Assembly (NCBI RefSeq): GCF_004010195.1
Contig: NC_057750.1
Span: 428,378 to 492,377 of the forward strand
Direction of reading: 5' to 3'
Source of the DNA: Chiloscyllium plagiosum
Lineage: Eukaryota
Length of the DNA: 64,000 bases
Position 1 is the first letter of the stretch; the number at the start of each line of letters is the position of its first letter. The translations under genes were made by a program, and so were the position numbers. Shown piece by piece: positions 35,104 to 47,880 of the stretch. A model generated the notes under the pieces. That model did no database searches and was not told where the DNA came from. It worked only from the letters and a program-made list of their open reading frames with translations.

Positions 35104-36019
35104 TAGTAGGCCATTCAGCCCATCGAGTCTGCCCTGCCATTCAAGGAGATCATGGCTCATCTGATAATCCTCAACTCCACTTTCCTCCCTTTTTCCCATA
35201 ACTGTTCCCAATTAAAACATCTCTCTATCTTAGTCTGAACATATTTAATGACCCAACCTGGACAGTCTCCTGCAGTAAGGAATTCGCAGGTTCACTACCC
35301 TCTGAGAGAAGAAATTCCTCCTCATCTCCATCTAAAATGTGCAACATTTATTCTGCAACTCCCTTCCTCTGTCCTGGAATGCAACCTGGACATGGTAATA
35401 TTAGCTCTGTGTTGTTATGTATCTTTCATATTGTACAGTCCTTCATCATGGTAAAGCTCCATCTTTTCTATACACTTCGTCAGAACATGAGAGATATTTC
35501 ACTCACCCCACCCACCCACCATTAACATCTGGTAATAATGTCCAGGAACTGTCAGTCACTTTGAGTCAATGCCTTCAGGGCACAAAAGAATACTCTGAAA
35601 AAAATCCATATTTATAAACTGATATCTCCTGAACAAGCTGACAACCGATTTAAATACATTTCTCCTCGTGTCGGCAGACTTAGATATCTGCCAGTTGCTG
35701 CTGAAACTGATCGGGAGCCAGCGTGGACGTGAAAATGCTGCAGTTGTCTGTTAATATCCAATTTCATTTAAATCCCATTTCACTGTAATTCATGAATGTC
35801 ACTCAAATCTTTGATGTGTGTCCAATAAATTTAAGAGATGAAATTGAAAGTTTCGAGGAACCAAAAATAAATTCAAAAGCAGTGGTGAATAAAGCTGGAG
35901 GAGCTGGATATAGTCAGCTGGCACATAAACAAAATTTTACTTTAGCTCCAAGTCCTGGGGTAATGGTCCCATTTTCCTCAGGATTGCCAATGGACAAAGT
36001 GTTTGACAGATTTGTTTCA

Positions 36020-36256
36020 GTCCCTACCCTGGGAGTGTTTGATGGGTAGTGCAGAGACAACATTACTCTGTGTCTAACCTTGTGCATTTCCTGTGCTGGG
36101 AGTATTTAATGGGGGGACAATGTAGAGGGAGCTTTACTCTATATCTAATGCCCTGCTGTCCATGTCCTGGGTGTTTGATGGGGGCAACAGTGCAGTGGGA
36201 GGTTTTCTCTGTATCTAACCCTGTGCTGTCCCTGTCCTGGGAGTGTTTGATGGAGA
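36020..36256 (+). repeat. ~69-bp tandem repeat, ~3.5 degenerate copies
   Basis: GGGAGTGTTTGATGGGG.ACAGTG.AGAGGGAGCTTTACTCTGTATCTAACCC; same unit as 43972-44594. Confidence 0.85.
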
Positions 36257-36566
36257 CATTCAAAACCTCTGCACTCAAATTAACCCCAGCCTAAAAATAC
36301 TGCCATCCACAGATGTGTTGGTGACTGAGAGACCCTTTCCAGTCCTGACAAGTACCCAATGTTGTGATTGTTTCTATTCAGTGATTCTTGTAGTCTGCCA
36401 CCCAATGGCACTAACCCTATCAGGTACTAAGTCTCCATTCTCCTCCACCATTAATCACGACATTGTGAGGGAAAGGCAGAAGATAACAGGCTGAATGGCC
36501 TGCTCCTGTTGGGAGGGAAATACACAAGTTAAGGGGCTGAATGGCCTCTTCCTGTTTGCATTAATT

Positions 36567-36915
36567 ATAGAATCCCTACAGTGTGGAAGCAGGCCAATCG
36601 GCCATCGAGTCCACACTGACCCACTGAAGAGCAGCCCACCCACCCCTATAACCTATCCCTGTAACCCAGTATTTCCCATGGCTAACCCACCTAACCTAGA
36701 CACATCCCTGGACACTATGGGCAATTTCCCATGGCCAATCCACCTAACCTGCACATCTTTGGACTATGGGAGGAGATTAGAGCATTGGAGGAAACCCAAA
36801 TAGACTCAGGGAGAGTATGCAACCTCCACACAGAAGATTGTCCGAAGATGGAATCGCACCTGTGTCCCTGGTACTGTGAGGCAGCAGTGCTAACCATTGA
36901 GTCACCATGCCACCC
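36567..36915 (-). mobile_element. HE1-like V-SINE
   Basis: ATAGAATCCCTACAGTGTGGAAGCAGGCC ... GCAGCAGTGCTAACCATTGAGTCACCATGCCACCC. Confidence 0.88.
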
Positions 36916-38419
36916 CTAAGATGGAGTCATGTGACTGAATTGTCTTTCTGCTACTAACCCATTATTGGGAGAATTCAACTGAGTTTGTCTTTCTACACCA
37001 GAGAGCATGACCATACACCCTGACCCTGTGTAAATGTCGTACCCTAAACAAACATTCTGACCTGGACTATGTGTGTTACTGGAGCTACTGCCTTCTTAAT
37101 ATTCATGGGACACAAACCATGAGAAAACCAGGTAAAGAGCCTGTATTGGTCAGAAAAATGACACCAGGCGTGAGAAACAGTTAGGGGAGCACTGACCTCG
37201 AAGTTAGCCGACAAGCCTGGAGTGGGCTCTGGGAACTTTGAAAAAGGTGCAGACTGAGTTTGAGTTGGAGAGGATGGAAATTTGAATCCTGAGAGGGTTA
37301 ATGATAATGAGGTGGAAGAAGCAAAGTGTTTTCAGTGAGAATAACGGGATGAAGCTTCGGAGGAATGGGGTAGGATGGACTATTCCAACGAGGAATAATC
37401 ACAGTCATCGGATAGTTATGGAGTTGGTCCACTTTCAGTTTTCAGACAAACGGAATCAGCCAGGAGCTTTTAACAAATCTTCATTCTTTTCTGCACCTTG
37501 CAATGATAATTACAGCAAGATAACCAATCTCTGGGCCAATCCTCTCCACTTTTCCACCTGTCATGTTTAGTTTGTAAAGTAATTATCCCGATGGGAAACC
37601 ATTCTATTGATAACTATTATAAACTATTATATAATGAAGATGAGATGGCTTTGTACCCAGGAAATGTTAAATACCACACATCACCAACTCAAAGATCATT
37701 AATGATCTGATGAGAATGGGATAAAACAAGACATTCTCATTTCAGAGTCTGGAATCAGAGATTCCTTCACACACAGACTGGGGAACTTGCAAACTGAATA
37801 ACACAACCTTACGGCATTAAAAGAGGCCTTATCTCCCATCATGTCTGTGCTAGCTCTTTGGTGTCAGCTCTTTGAAAGGGCTCACCAATTGTCCCTATTT
37901 TCCTCAAATCGCTTCCTCTGTATAACTCTGTAAAATTCTCATTTTCAAAACTGTTTCCAGTCCCTTTTGAAGGTTACAGTTGAATCAGTTTTCACTGCCC
38001 TCCAGGCAGCACGTTGTCGATTATAACAACTTAAAAAGAAATCTTTTCATAGTGCTCCGAGGTCTTTTACTAATTACCATCAGCCTGTTTTTCTCCAGTT
38101 CCCAATCCTTCCATCACGAGATAGAACTTCTCCAACTTTACTCCATGGAATTAGCTCCATTTGGAAGCAAAGATCCTGCCTCACTGATTCAACAATAACT
38201 ACTTGTGAATTGTTCCATGAGTGTGAGAAGGAATAGTCCTGCAGGGGAATTCCTTCTGCTTTATTCCTCAGTTTACCCGATTGGTTCCTTTTCCTTTTCC
38301 CAATCCTCACCATCGACCCCTGTCTGCTCAAGATGGCATTAATGACTTGAAACGAAGACAGGAGAAGAACATTTTGAAACATATTGCCGTTTATTCACTA
38401 TCTTTGTGTTGACCCAGAA

Positions 38420-38570
38420 TTCCCTCCCCAAGGGCATTATGGATCTATATACAGCACATGGACTGTAGCGGTTCAAGAAGGCAGCTCACCCCCACCTTCT
38501 CAAGGGGAACTGGAATGGGCAATAAATGCTGGGCCCAACCAATGTCACCCATGTTCAATGAATGTATAAA
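38420..38570 (+). mobile_element. L2-type LINE 3' end
   Basis: GGACTGTAGCGGTTCAAGAAGGCAGCTCACC..CTTCTCAAGGG..ATGGGCAATAAATGCTGG; tail shared with the SINEs at 17800 and 41210. Confidence 0.7.
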
Positions 38571-38752
38571 ATGTCTTTGGTATTAGTTATGCAGGGTGAC
38601 GGAACTGGAAAGAACCCTCTCAGATCAATCATCAATATCTTTATTGATTTATTCATCTGTTGTAATTATCAGCAGGGGAGACGCTGTTTGACCACAACAG
38701 GTCTTTTGAAAAATATATGCTCACCAATTCAGTGAATGTGTGGAACAGTTTA

Positions 38753-38968
38753 CAAAACAGAAACTGCTGGAGAAACTCAGCAGGTCTGGCAGCATCAATG
38801 TAAAGGAAGCAGTTCAGTGTTTTGAGTCCAGTGACTTTCTTCAGAACATTTCACTGGACGTGAAACATCAACACTGCTTCCTTTCTCTCCACACATGCTG
38901 CCAGACCTGCTGGGTCTCTCCAGCAATTTCTGTTTTTTGTTCCAGGTTTTCAGTGTCTGCTGTTCTGT
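38753..38968. mobile_element. Degenerate fold-back PLE-type element
   Basis: Inverted arms AAAACAGAAACTGCTGGAGAAACTCAGCAGGTCTGGCAGCAT / ATGCTGCCAGACCTGCTGGGTCTCTCCAGCAATTTCTGTTTT; minus CTGAAGA-AAGTC ACTG GACTC-AAAAC at ~38818-38844. Confidence 0.78.
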
Positions 38969-39246
38969 TTTACATCAATGAACGATTTACGCACTGTTAA
39001 CATAAAAGACACAAACCAGACAAGTTAGCTTGTATATATTTTTTTAAAAAGGTGATTGTTTTTATTGTACTCGATCTCAGTAAAATAAGTTTTCAAAGTG
39101 CTCTGATATTTATGCAAATGCATCCGTGCTCCAAGTTCACATTCACACAAATAGATTACAGAGCATGAGGCTAGGTTTTCAATGTAATCTCCAGTAGAAG
39201 GATGGGGATACATGGCTGTTGAATGCTGTTTACTTGCTGCAGGCTG

Positions 39247-39441
39247 CAGTCCACATATGTGTAGGTTAGGGTGGATTGGCCAGGCTAAATTACCCATAGT
39301 GTCCAAGGTATGTGCAGGCTAGGTGGATTAGCCATGGGAAATGCAGGGCTACAGGGATAGGGCAAGGGACTGGATCTGGGTAAGATGCTCTTCGGAGTCA
39401 ATGGGCCAAATGGCCTTCTTCCACACTGTGAGGATGCTATG
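39247..39441 (+). mobile_element. HE1-like SINE, 3' half
   Basis: GGTGGATTGGCC..CTAAATT.CCCATAGTGTCC..TGGGCCAAATGGCC..TTCCACACTGT. Confidence 0.8.
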
Positions 39442-40402
39442 GTTATCAGCTGATCTCAGTGACATGTTTCTATCAGTATTGAGGTGATTTAAAGATGTGG
39501 CCAGTTTACTTGTCTGTCCTTTGGAAATATGTCGCTGCTGGATTGATTCTTATTCAAATCTCTCTCTGCAGCTCACTTATCGTCAAAATCAGTTGACACG
39601 GCTCAAAATCCACATATTTTCTGCAGGAAGAAATAGAAGGAACTCAGTTCCCTTCTTGCTCTTTAAGTGTTTCATTTCCCTGTTCTGATCTGCAGTCAAA
39701 TACCTGGTTGAATGGATGTGGCAGGCTGGCCTGAGATATGATCTTTCTCCAGATGATCAGTGACTCGGATATGGTCATGGCTCATGTATTCCAGTTGCCT
39801 CGCATACATGATGAGACTATGTCTGAGCAGATCTTTCACAGCTCCAGCCCTATATTCCGAGAGGGCTGAATGGTTTATCCTTATTCAATTTGATGCCTAG
39901 ATGATTGGCTGGATGTTTTGTCAATGCTATTAGAGATGGTCCATATCCTTACACCTGTAAGGCAATTGTTCTTAATGTGGCTATACAGACAGTGTTTACA
40001 TTTCAATAGAGTTTGAATATCAAAGATACATGATGCAAAAATGCAGCCATCTACAACTGAGATCCCAAGTCACTGGAATATGGAATTTAGTCTTTTTCAA
40101 AATGGCCTCCACTCTAAATCTGAAAAATCATTTTCCATAAAACATTGCTTAAGAACAAAAGCAAATAAATTGTGGAAAGCAGAATATAATGAGAAACTAG
40201 TGAACAATCTATTTGTAATTCTTCTACATAAAATAAGTGTGTATTTTTCTTGGTTTACATTTCCTTTATAGAAGCAGTAGAAAAAATCTGTATCTCCCGG
40301 GGTAAATGTGCTGCTTTGTAAAAATGATATGTTCATAGCTTGATGTTCAGGATAGTGTTCGATTCGATAGTTTGAGCTGATACCATCAGAAATGTATCTC
40401 TG

Positions 40403-40685
40403 AGGGACAGGAGGTCAGTCTGGGGGCCAGAGGGCCAGTCTGGGGGCGGGGGGCCAGTTTGGTGGTGGGGGGGGGCCAGTCTGGGGTAAGAAGGGTCAGN
40501 NNNNNNNNNNNNNNNNNNNNNNNNNNNNNNNNNNNNNNNNNNNNNNNNNNNNNNNNNNNNNNNNNNGGCTGGGGACAGGGGGTGTCAGTCTGGGGACAGG
40601 GGGTCAGTCGGGGGGCGGGGGGTCAGTGTGGGGGTGGGGGGGCAGGCTGGGGACAGAGGGTGTCAGTCTGGGGGCAATGGTCTGA
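40403..40685 (+). repeat. G-rich ~19-bp degenerate tandem repeat spanning a gap
   Basis: Recurrent GGGGTCAGTCTGGGGACAG-like units with many G4-capable G-runs. Confidence 0.75.
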
Positions 40686-40964
40686 CTCTGGTATCTGCAG
40701 TCACAATGTAAACTGGCTGTGGCAGCACTGGGGGAGAGGGGTAGGGGATTCTGCACATTGTGACCATAGGGGCAGAACCTTATGTCCCAACCCCTGTGGG
40801 CAATCAGGTGCTGGGGACCTGTTCACCTTCCTGCTTGCATCTAGGATAGGTGCATGAGAGACTCCACAGGGGTGACCTTCCTGCATGGCCAAAGTGGGGC
40901 ACTTAAGTGGCCAATGAATTGCTTAGTGGGTGTCGCTCACCATCACTGATACTCACCCAGTGGT

Positions 40965-41277
40965 GGGAGCTAATGTTCTGGAACCCAGTTTCGAATCTTG
41001 CCACTGCAGATGGTGGAATATGAACTCAATTTAAAAAAAATTGGAATTAAGAATCTCATGTTGATCATGAATACATTGTCGATTATTGGAAAATCCATCT
41101 GGTTCTTTAATGCCCTTTAAGGAAAGAAGTTGCCACCCTTATCTGGTTTGGCCCAAAAGTGACTATGGACCCAAAGGAATGTGGTTGACTCTTAACTACC
41201 CTTTGGAGCAGTTGGGGATGGACAATAAATGTTGCCTCATCAGTGATGCCCTCATCCTATGAATGAATTAAAAAAAC
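40965..41277 (+). mobile_element. tRNA-derived SINE with L2-type tail
   Basis: TTCGAATC..GCAGATGGTGGAAT..AAATCCATCTGGTTC..TAATGCCCTTTA..CAATAAATG..CTCATCCTATGAATGAATTAAAAA. Confidence 0.8.
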
Positions 41278-41842
41278 AAAAGCTGACTGAATGTGCAAAC
41301 TGAGAGATGTGGGTCTGAGATTTTCAGCCACATGACATGCATATGTGAACTCTGAATGTATTGCCTGGGTCCTGACTGATGGCGATTGGTGAGTGATGGG
41401 GGAATAGGGAAGTGGCTGGACTGAGGCTATATGTTTTGCTATTGGGGTACAACAATTGAAATTACATTCATTGACCTCGACCATCATATGAAGTCAGGAA
41501 ACCTTCTTAGGGCACAACATCCAGGGCTTGGGTCTTCATTCCTGCCTCACTGGACAATCTTCTCCCACTTCCTTCATGAATGTGTGTTTGTTCAGTGTGC
41601 TGACTCCCTGCTGATACAGGATATCTCTCCTCCTTTCCACCTCCTTCAAGAACATTACTGGTTTAGTTTGAAAAAACGTTGGTGCTGCTGCTATGTATCA
41701 GAGGCTGACAGCTCTTGTAGCCTCCAGCACCTCCCCTTGAGGATATACAAGTTGGCTTTAAATGGTGCTGATGATAGATAATCACAGCGAGAGTCCAACA
41801 AGAATATAATTGGCATGGGCTAGATGCTGAAATAATTTTAAA

Positions 41843-41889
41843 AATCACACAACACCAGGTTATAGTCCAACAGGTTTATCTCCAAATCA
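41843..41889. mobile_element. 47-bp micro-insertion (PLE-type terminus) with 14-bp TSD
   Basis: GAAATAATTTTAAA at 41829-41842 and 41890-41903. Confidence 0.8.
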
Positions 41890-42605
41890 GAAATAATTTT
41901 AAACACCATGATGTCAGTACTATGCAGTCAACAGGTATGGCTTAACTCCACATCATGTTCACTTTGCCCATTCTATTGGTGTTGAATTTAACTTTCCCCA
42001 ACATTTTACCAGGATGAGTAATTTCACTGACAGCAATGGGAGTACGTACAATTCACTTTTGATGCAACCATTCTCAAAACCCTTGTGTATCACAGACACC
42101 TCAGCAATTGCAGCTCCATTTATACTTGAGAGAGCTAGCTATTAAATATTGAAGCACAGAAAATAACTGCTGTAAGAAAAATAAGCATTCACAATAATCA
42201 GACAATTATAGAGTACTTAAAGATTCTATAACATTCACCCTGGCTGGACTCTTACCAGCTGGAGAGGAGATTAAGTGATTAGCATTTGTAAAACTGATTT
42301 TTCGGAGTACGGATGGTAAAATTATAATATAAATTGCTATATTATTATTCAAAAATGATAATTAACACAGGGCTCATGCTATGTTATCTGTCTTGTATAA
42401 TGCTTGATATTTCATATTGCGCACTATTAGTGTAAAGGTTTCCCTTCTTGAAAGAAATAGCTGAAAGCTTGGAGGAGGCTATTGCAAAATGCACCCCTGT
42501 GCAGTGGAAGCTGGACCCTAGACCCTTAGTGGTGAGCAAAGAGTGGGAAAAAAATGAGCTTCTGAACCTAGGCTGCAATTTCCTGATTGCATCCAGATCA
42601 GAAAT

Positions 42606-42945
42606 GGGTGGCACAGTGGCTCAGTGGTTAGCACTGCTGCCTCACAGCACCAGGGACCTGGGTTCAATTCCTGCCTCGGGTGACAGTCTGTGTGAAGTTT
42701 GCACATTCTCCCCGTGTCTGCGTGGGTTTCCTCCGGGTGCTCCGGTTTCCTCCCACAGTCCAAAGATGTGCAAGTTAGGGTAGGTTGGCCATGCTATGTT
42801 GCCCTATAGTGAGTAGAATAGGTGGATTAGCTATGGGAAATGCAGGGTTGCAAGGATAGGGTAGTGGGATGCTCTTCAGAGGGTTGGTGTGGACTCAACG
42901 GGGCAAATGGCCTGCTTCCACACAGTAGGAATTATATGAAATCTA
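42606..42945 (+). mobile_element. HE1-like V-SINE, full length
   Basis: A-box TGGCTCAGTGG, B-box GGTTCAATTCC, V-domain-like TGCGTGGGTTTCCTCCGGGTGCTCCGGTTTCCTCCCACA, CR1-like tail. Confidence 0.92.
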
Positions 42946-43971
42946 AGAAACTCTGAGCTTCTAAAGCAGCAACCAAACCATCAAGCAATTGTTAGCAGCA
43001 CTTTCAAAATTAACATTTTCTGAACAAACAAAAAAACCACAGGCTTCTCAAACGCAGAGAGTTTATGGCATCTACCATTCAACTGCTTTTTTAAAATTCA
43101 TATTGATGTATATTAACCAGTCACCTCTCTGAAAGCCAACATTGAAATGATGTATTAAACCCAGAAGGGCAGAGAAATTCCCATTAACTATTTTTGTAAA
43201 TAATCCCTGACCCAAGCTTAATGCTTTATTTTAATTCCTGATCCATGTCCTCATGTTTAATACGCTATGAGATGGCAAAACATTCACGGCACAGGAAAAT
43301 TAAATCCAGAGAGAGATGGACATTCAGTTAGTTAATTTACAGTGTCGTCCGCATTTTTAACTACAATTTAAATTAACCATTGAATGGAATTTGCAAAGGT
43401 GTGCCTGTATATGCATGACTGCCTTTTCTTGAGATTTTGAGGACAATTATTACTCTGCTTAGGAAGGTTTTGTTGCAGTGAGGTTGACACTAGTCAGTCT
43501 AGAGTTTAAATCAAGGTCTCATCATTGAGACTTAAACAACCCATCAAATTGAAAATTCACTCCGCAATATTGGTGGCAAAACATTAACTGATTGTCATGG
43601 AAACACTTGCTATTTGGTCTGATTAAACCCATTTACAAAATAGGTTTCCAGCATCAAAGCGCAAAGAGAAAACCCATGAACATGATAATGGCTCATTTTC
43701 TGCGGCAAAGTTTATGTGCAACGAGTTTGGATCTTTTCCATCCAGCTCCTGAATGCCAGAGACGTGCTGTACTAAACTGCACCATGATCTTCACACAAAC
43801 TCAACCAAATGGGACTTAGGAAGATTGGTTTCTGCTGGTGTTCAAAACAGAATGCTGATTAGATGCTGAAATAATTTTAAATAACGTGATGCTGGCCCGT
43901 TGCTGTCAATGGGTAGAGGACACTGTTAGAAAGGGCCATTTTCTTTTACCTCAGAAATTAGATGCAATGAT

Positions 43972-44594
43972 GGGGCACACAACAGAAGGAGTTTATTTTG
44001 TATTTAACCGCATGCTGTCCCTGTCCTGGGAGTGTGTTATGGGTACAGTGTAGAGGGAGCTTTGCTCTGTATCTAACCCCACGCTGTCCCTGACCTGAAA
44101 TTTGTGATGTGTACAGTGTAGAGGGAGCTTTACTCTGTTACTAACCCTGTGCTGCCCCTGTCCTGGGAGTGTGTGATGGGTACAGTGTAGAGAGAGCTTT
44201 ACTCTGTTACTAACTCTGTACTGTCCCTGTCCTGGGAGTGTGACATGGGTACAGTGTAGAGGGAGCTTTACTCTGTTACTAACCTTGTGCTGCCTCTGTC
44301 CTGGGAGTGTGTGATGGGTACAGTGTAGAGGGAGCTTTACTCTGTTACTAACTCTGTACTGCCCCTGTCCTGGGATTGTGTCATGGGTACAGTGTAGAGG
44401 GAGCTTTATTCTGTTACTATCTCTATACTGCCCCAGTCCTGGGAGTGTGTGATGGGTACAGTGTAGAGGGAGCTTTACTCTGTTACTAACTCTGTACTGC
44501 CCCTGTCCTGGGAGTGTGTGATGGGTATAGTGTAGAAGGAGCTTTACTCTGTTACTAACCCTGTGCTGCCCCTGTCCTGGGAGTGTGTGATGGG
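43972..44594 (+). repeat. 69-bp minisatellite, ~9 copies
   Basis: GGGTACAGTG-type unit starts at 44041, 44109, 44178, 44247, 44316, 44385, 44454, 44523. Confidence 0.97.
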
Positions 44595-44684
44595 GTTGGT
44601 GAGTGCCCTAGTCATGGGGTTGGTAGTGCCCTAGCCATAGGGTTGAGGAGTGCCCTAGCCATGGGGTTGGTGAGTGCCCTAGCC
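44590..44684 (+). repeat. 24-bp minisatellite, 4 copies
   Basis: ATGGGGTTGGTGAGTGCCCTAGCC. Confidence 0.93.
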
Positions 44685-45222
44685 ATGATGTTTCCAGTTT
44701 CCTGGCAGTAATATTATTCACCAAATGAAGGCTAGAATGCACCCAAAAGGTATTAATTAACTGTCACATGGTGAGAGTGGAATTAAAATGTGTTCATCTC
44801 ATCTCAGAATTCGACCTCAAACCTGTAATTCCTTTAATACAACCATCACAATTTGTTCTGTTGCCTTCCCCTGTAGAGATGAGCTTATCACCTCTTCCAT
44901 TGTCTTAAAGGGCCTTCTTATTGAAACAAATCGACACAGATGAAGAATCTGTTTTTAATGATTGGCTGGTTTGTTCCAATGAGCTGGTGGCTGGCTTCAC
45001 AAAAGAACAAACTGGAATCCAATTGGTGCACAGATTGAGGGGGGTTAGGGAGATGGGAGGGTCATCTATGCGCTGAGGCAGTGGTTCCACATTGAGACAG
45101 GGTCTGCATATTGAGATTGGGCTCTTGTACTGAGGTGGATGGGGTCTGCATAAAGAGATGAGGGGTTGCATTTTGTGATGGGAGGCCTGTGTGCTGGGAT
45201 GGTGGTCCCTGCGTACTGATCT

Positions 45223-45288
45223 GGTGGTCTGTGTTCAGATGGGGGTCTGTGTTCAGATGGGGGTCTGTGTTCAGATGGGGGTCTGTGT
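45223..45288 (+). repeat. 18-bp tandem repeat, ~3.5 copies
   Basis: GGGGGTCTGTGTTCAGAT. Confidence 0.9.
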
Positions 45289-45399
45289 GCTAGAACTGTG
45301 GACTGACACAGGTTTAGGTGCCTGTGTTGGAATCATTTACAGTACAGTTCCCTTTTGCCAATTTAGTTTAAACCCTCCCCATTCACTTTAGGAGATGCT

Positions 45400-47880
45400 C
45401 CCCCTGGGGTATCAATCCCAATCAGGAGTCCAAGGAAAAGGAATCGAGGAAAGGGACGAACGACAGAAAAAGGGTATTAGAGTAGGGATAAACAGAGGAA
45501 TAAAGGCCAGAATCAGACAGGACCACACTGAGAATCAGTGGGACTGAGACTAAAAATGCTAATAAAAAATGCACAGAGCATTCAAAATAAAGTGGATGAA
45601 ATAATTTCACAAATAAGTGTAAATGGATACGATGTAGTTGGGATATTGGACACATGGCTGCAGGGTGACCAGGGATGGGAACGGAACATCTAAGGGTAAG
45701 CAGTATTTCGGAAGGACAAGCAAAAGGGAAATGGCAGCAGACTGTCATTACTGTTTAAAGAGGATATAAACTCAATATTGAGAAAAGATGTTACCTCAGA
45801 CAATGTAGAACTTAGAAATACCAAAGGGACAAAAAGTCTGTGTCTGTGTGTGTGTGTGTGTGGGGTGGGGGGTGTGTGGAGTGATATGTAGACTAGCAAA
45901 CTGTAGTGGTGATGTTGGGAATAGCATTAAACAGGAAATCAGAGATCCATGCAGTAAAGGAGCATTTGTAATTATGGGCAACCTTAGTCTTAATATTGAT
46001 TGGGTGAATCAAATTAATCAAATACTATAGAGAAGGAATTCCTAGAGTATATACAGGAAGGTTTTCTGGACCAGTGCATCTTAGACTGGGTGTATTACAA
46101 GGACAAAGGAATAATTGGTAATGTGATCGTAACAGAAACCCTTGGGGATGAATGATTGTAATGTTACAGAATTCTTCAACAAGTTGCAGAACAGGATGAT
46201 TGATTCTGAAACTTGGGTCCTTAATCTTAATAAGGGAAACTACAATGAGATGAGACATGAGATGGCTCTGGTGGATTGAAAAATGGGATAGACAATGGCA
46301 AACATTCGCGTTCACATTACAGAAGAGGAAGTTCAGGAGGTCTTGGAGAATATAAAAGTTGATAAATGTCCAGGGCCTGATCTAATGTATCCTAAAATGT
46401 TGTGGGAAGTAAGGGAGGAAATTGTGAGACTCCTTTCAGGAATATTTACATCACCTGTAACTATGGGTTACATGCCTGATGACAGGAGGTGACTAATGTT
46501 GTACCTTAAGAAAGGTTGTAAGGAGAAACTGAGGAACTATAGATCTGTGAGTCTGACTTTCATTGTAGGTAAATTGTTGGCAGTGATTTTATAAAATAGG
46601 ATCTATGGACATTTAGAGAGGCAAAAAGTGATTAGGGATAGTCAGCAAAATTGTGCGTCACAAACATGACAGAGGTTTTTGAGTAAGTTACCAAAAGAAT
46701 TATTGAGGGCAATGGGAAGTAGATGTTGCTTACTTGGACTTTAGTAAAGACTTTGAAAAGGTTCTGCATGGTAAACTAATTAGTAACGTTAGATCACATG
46801 GGATTCAGGGTGCGCTTGCCAACTGGATTCAAAATTGGCTTAATGGCAGGAGCAGAGTAATGGTGGAGAGTTGCTTTTTGGACTGGAGGCCTGTTACCAG
46901 TGGTGTTCCACAGGGATTGGTTCTGGCTCCTCTTTTGTTTGCATTGGTGAGATTACACCTGGAATATCGTGTGCAGTTTTTGTCTCTGTATCTGAGGAAG
47001 TATGTTCTGGTGATGGAGGGAATGGAGTGAAGGCTGATTCCTGGGATGGCAGGACTGACGCATGAGGAGAGACTGAGTTGGTTAGGATTGTATTCACCGA
47101 AGTTTACAACAATAAAGCTGTAAAATTCTAACAGGTCTTGACAGGGCGGATGCAGGGAGGATATTCTTGATAGCAGGGGAGTCCAGAACCAGGGTCACAG
47201 CCAAAGGATAATGGGCAAACTTTTTAGGGCTGAGATGAGAAATTTCTTCACCTAGAGAGTGAGCCTGTGGAATTCAGAAAGTGATAGGTAGATATAACTG
47301 TGGTGACTAAAGGGATCAAGAGATGAGGGGAAAGCAGGATTACGGTATTGAGCTCATGATCAGCCTCCTATTGGAAGGAAAAATTTCCAAGAATGTTGCC
47401 AGGATTGGAGGATTTGAGGTATAGAGGTTGAAGAGGCTGGGGCTGTTTTCCCTGGAACGTCGGAGGCTGAGGTGTGACTTTATAGAGGTTTATAAAATTA
47501 TGGGGGGAGGGGGGGGCACGGGTAGGATAAATAGATGAAATCTTTTTCCCTGGGGTGGGGAAGTCCAGAACTAGAGGGCTTAGATTTAGGAGAAAGGTAT
47601 AAAAGAGACTTGAGTGGCAACGTTTTCACGCAGAGGGTGGTACATGTATGGAATGAGCTGCCAGAGGAAGTGGTGGAGGTTGGTACAATTGCAACACTTA
47701 AAAGGCATTTGGATGGGTATATGAATAGGAAGGGTTTGGAGGGATATGGGCCGGGTGCTGGCAGGTGGGACAAGATTGGGTTGGGATATCTGGTCGGCAT
47801 GGAAGGGTCTGTTTCTATGCTGTACATCTCTATGACTGTATGATCATAATGAATGGAGGACCAGGCATGAGAGGTCGATT
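45400..47880 (+). mobile_element. Decayed, internally deleted or mosaic CR1 ORF2 with 3' tail
   Basis: Endonuclease (VIMGNLSLNIDW), DKCPGPDLMYPKML, DFSKDFEKVLH, SGVPQGLVLAP fused directly to LVRLHLEY. Confidence 0.85.
47367..47839 (+). mobile_element. Young CR1 3' fragment nested in the tail of the 45400-47880 element
   Basis: Matches 1805-2296; interrupts the host tail ATGATCAGCC|ATGATCATAATGAATGG. Confidence 0.88.

Noticed and set aside
38290..38375. Possible short minus-strand exon (pyrimidine tract + AAG acceptor, GTGAGG donor)
   Set aside because: No recognisable protein similarity or partner exons; splice-like motifs of this quality occur by chance
43972..44594. 69-bp array as a CRISPR repeat-spacer locus
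   Set aside because: The whole unit repeats, so there are no spacers; eukaryotic context
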